NCBI RefSeq assembly: GCF_030144855.1
Contig: NC_082728.1
Span: 42,842,001 to 42,906,000, forward strand
DNA: 64,000 nt
Direction of reading: 5' to 3'
Source: Hypanus sabinus
Lineage: Eukaryota
Shown here: positions 63,150 through 64,000 of the stretch, piece by piece
How positions within the stretch are numbered: the first letter of the stretch is position 1
Layout: each line of letters starts with the position of its first letter
Translations under genes and position numbers: made by a program
Notes under the pieces: model-generated
What the model was told of the DNA's origin: nothing
Database searches by the model: none
What the model saw: only the letters and a program-made list of their open reading frames with translations

Positions 63150-63815
63150 ACAGTGACCAAGGGACACAAGCTTAGAGATCCCCCAAGGTAATGACACAAA
63201 TAGACGACAGTGAAGTAGCCATGGCATGCTCGCCTTTCAATGGATGAGATACTGAACACAAGAGTTAGAAAATCATATTGCAGCAACACAAGACGTTGCT
63301 GAGGCTGTACCTAGAATATGGTGTGCATGTCTGGTTGCCATCATGTGAAAAGTATGCGATTAAGCTAGAGAGGGTGAAATGGAAAGACTTGAGTGATAAG
63401 GAGAGGCAAGGTGCCAAGGTTTTCATAGAGCGAAAGAGCCAAGTAGTAACTTTAGAGACTTAACAAAGCATAATGGGCAGATATAAACGGATGGTCAATC
63501 TTTCACCCCCATGATCCACCAGAGTAGGGGAGTCTAAAACGATTGCACATTAGTTAAAATGAGTGGGGAAAAATTTATATGGGACCAGAGAGACAGAATT
63601 TTCTATACAGTGGGTGCATGGGAAAAGTTATCAAATGAAGTGATATCTGCAGCTCTAATTACAACATTGAAAAAAACACATTTGGACAGGTGGATGGATA
63701 GGAAAGGTTTAAGAGGTAAATGGGCCAAATACATGCAAATGGGGCCAACTCAGGAAAGCACCTTGGCTTGCAGGCACGAGTGGTTAAAAGGCATACTACT
63801 ATGCAGTATAACTCC
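63150..63815 (+). mobile_element. Degenerate CR1 3' fragment
   Basis: HKTLLRLYLEYGVHVW...KLERV and KTHLDRWMDRKG. Confidence 0.7.
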
Positions 63816-64000
63816 TTAACACAATGACGACTATGAGCAATGGTAGCCCGAATGGATTTATTAAAATTACACCATCACTAACTAACTTCACTGATAGAAG
63901 TGGTACAATATTTATATATTTGAGGGCTTTTGAGAATCATGTGAAAAACTTCCACAAAGAACACTTGTTAAGTAGGTGGATACCCACTTGGATTAAGAAA

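Noticed and set aside
63035-63289. Possible further ELAC2 exon ending at a GTGAGT donor near 63042
   Set aside because: The frames I could read do not resemble the expected upstream ELAC2 segment (ELCTPPDPG...VECP). That exon is probably beyond the window.

Overview
Eukaryotic genomic DNA, AT-rich and repeat-dense. The CR1/Penelope/Rex1/V-SINE repeat mix suggests a cartilaginous fish, probably a ray or skate (inference). Two minus-strand genes lie in tandem. (1) The last 13 coding exons of ELAC2 (long-form tRNase Z), 61982 to the stop at 30541, all with GT-AG sites and compatible phases. (2) The CpG-rich promoter and first three coding exons of an outer-arm axonemal dynein beta heavy chain, most likely DNAH9, 17501 to 5715. 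Most of the rest is nested transposon debris: CR1, RTE, L1, Rex1/Babar, Penelope-like elements (PLEs), a solo LTR, a full-length Tc1 and several MITEs, many with readable target-site duplications (TSDs). Most notable: decayed minimal hammerhead-ribozyme motifs in the PLE termini, often as back-to-back inverted pairs; an RFX X-box next to a forkhead site at the dynein promoter; an ELAC2-DNAH9 adjacency that one inversion relative to human 17p12 would explain; and a 155-bp locally templated inverted duplication at a LINE 5' junction. No tRNA, rRNA or CRISPR was seen, and I found no new protein-coding system I could support.
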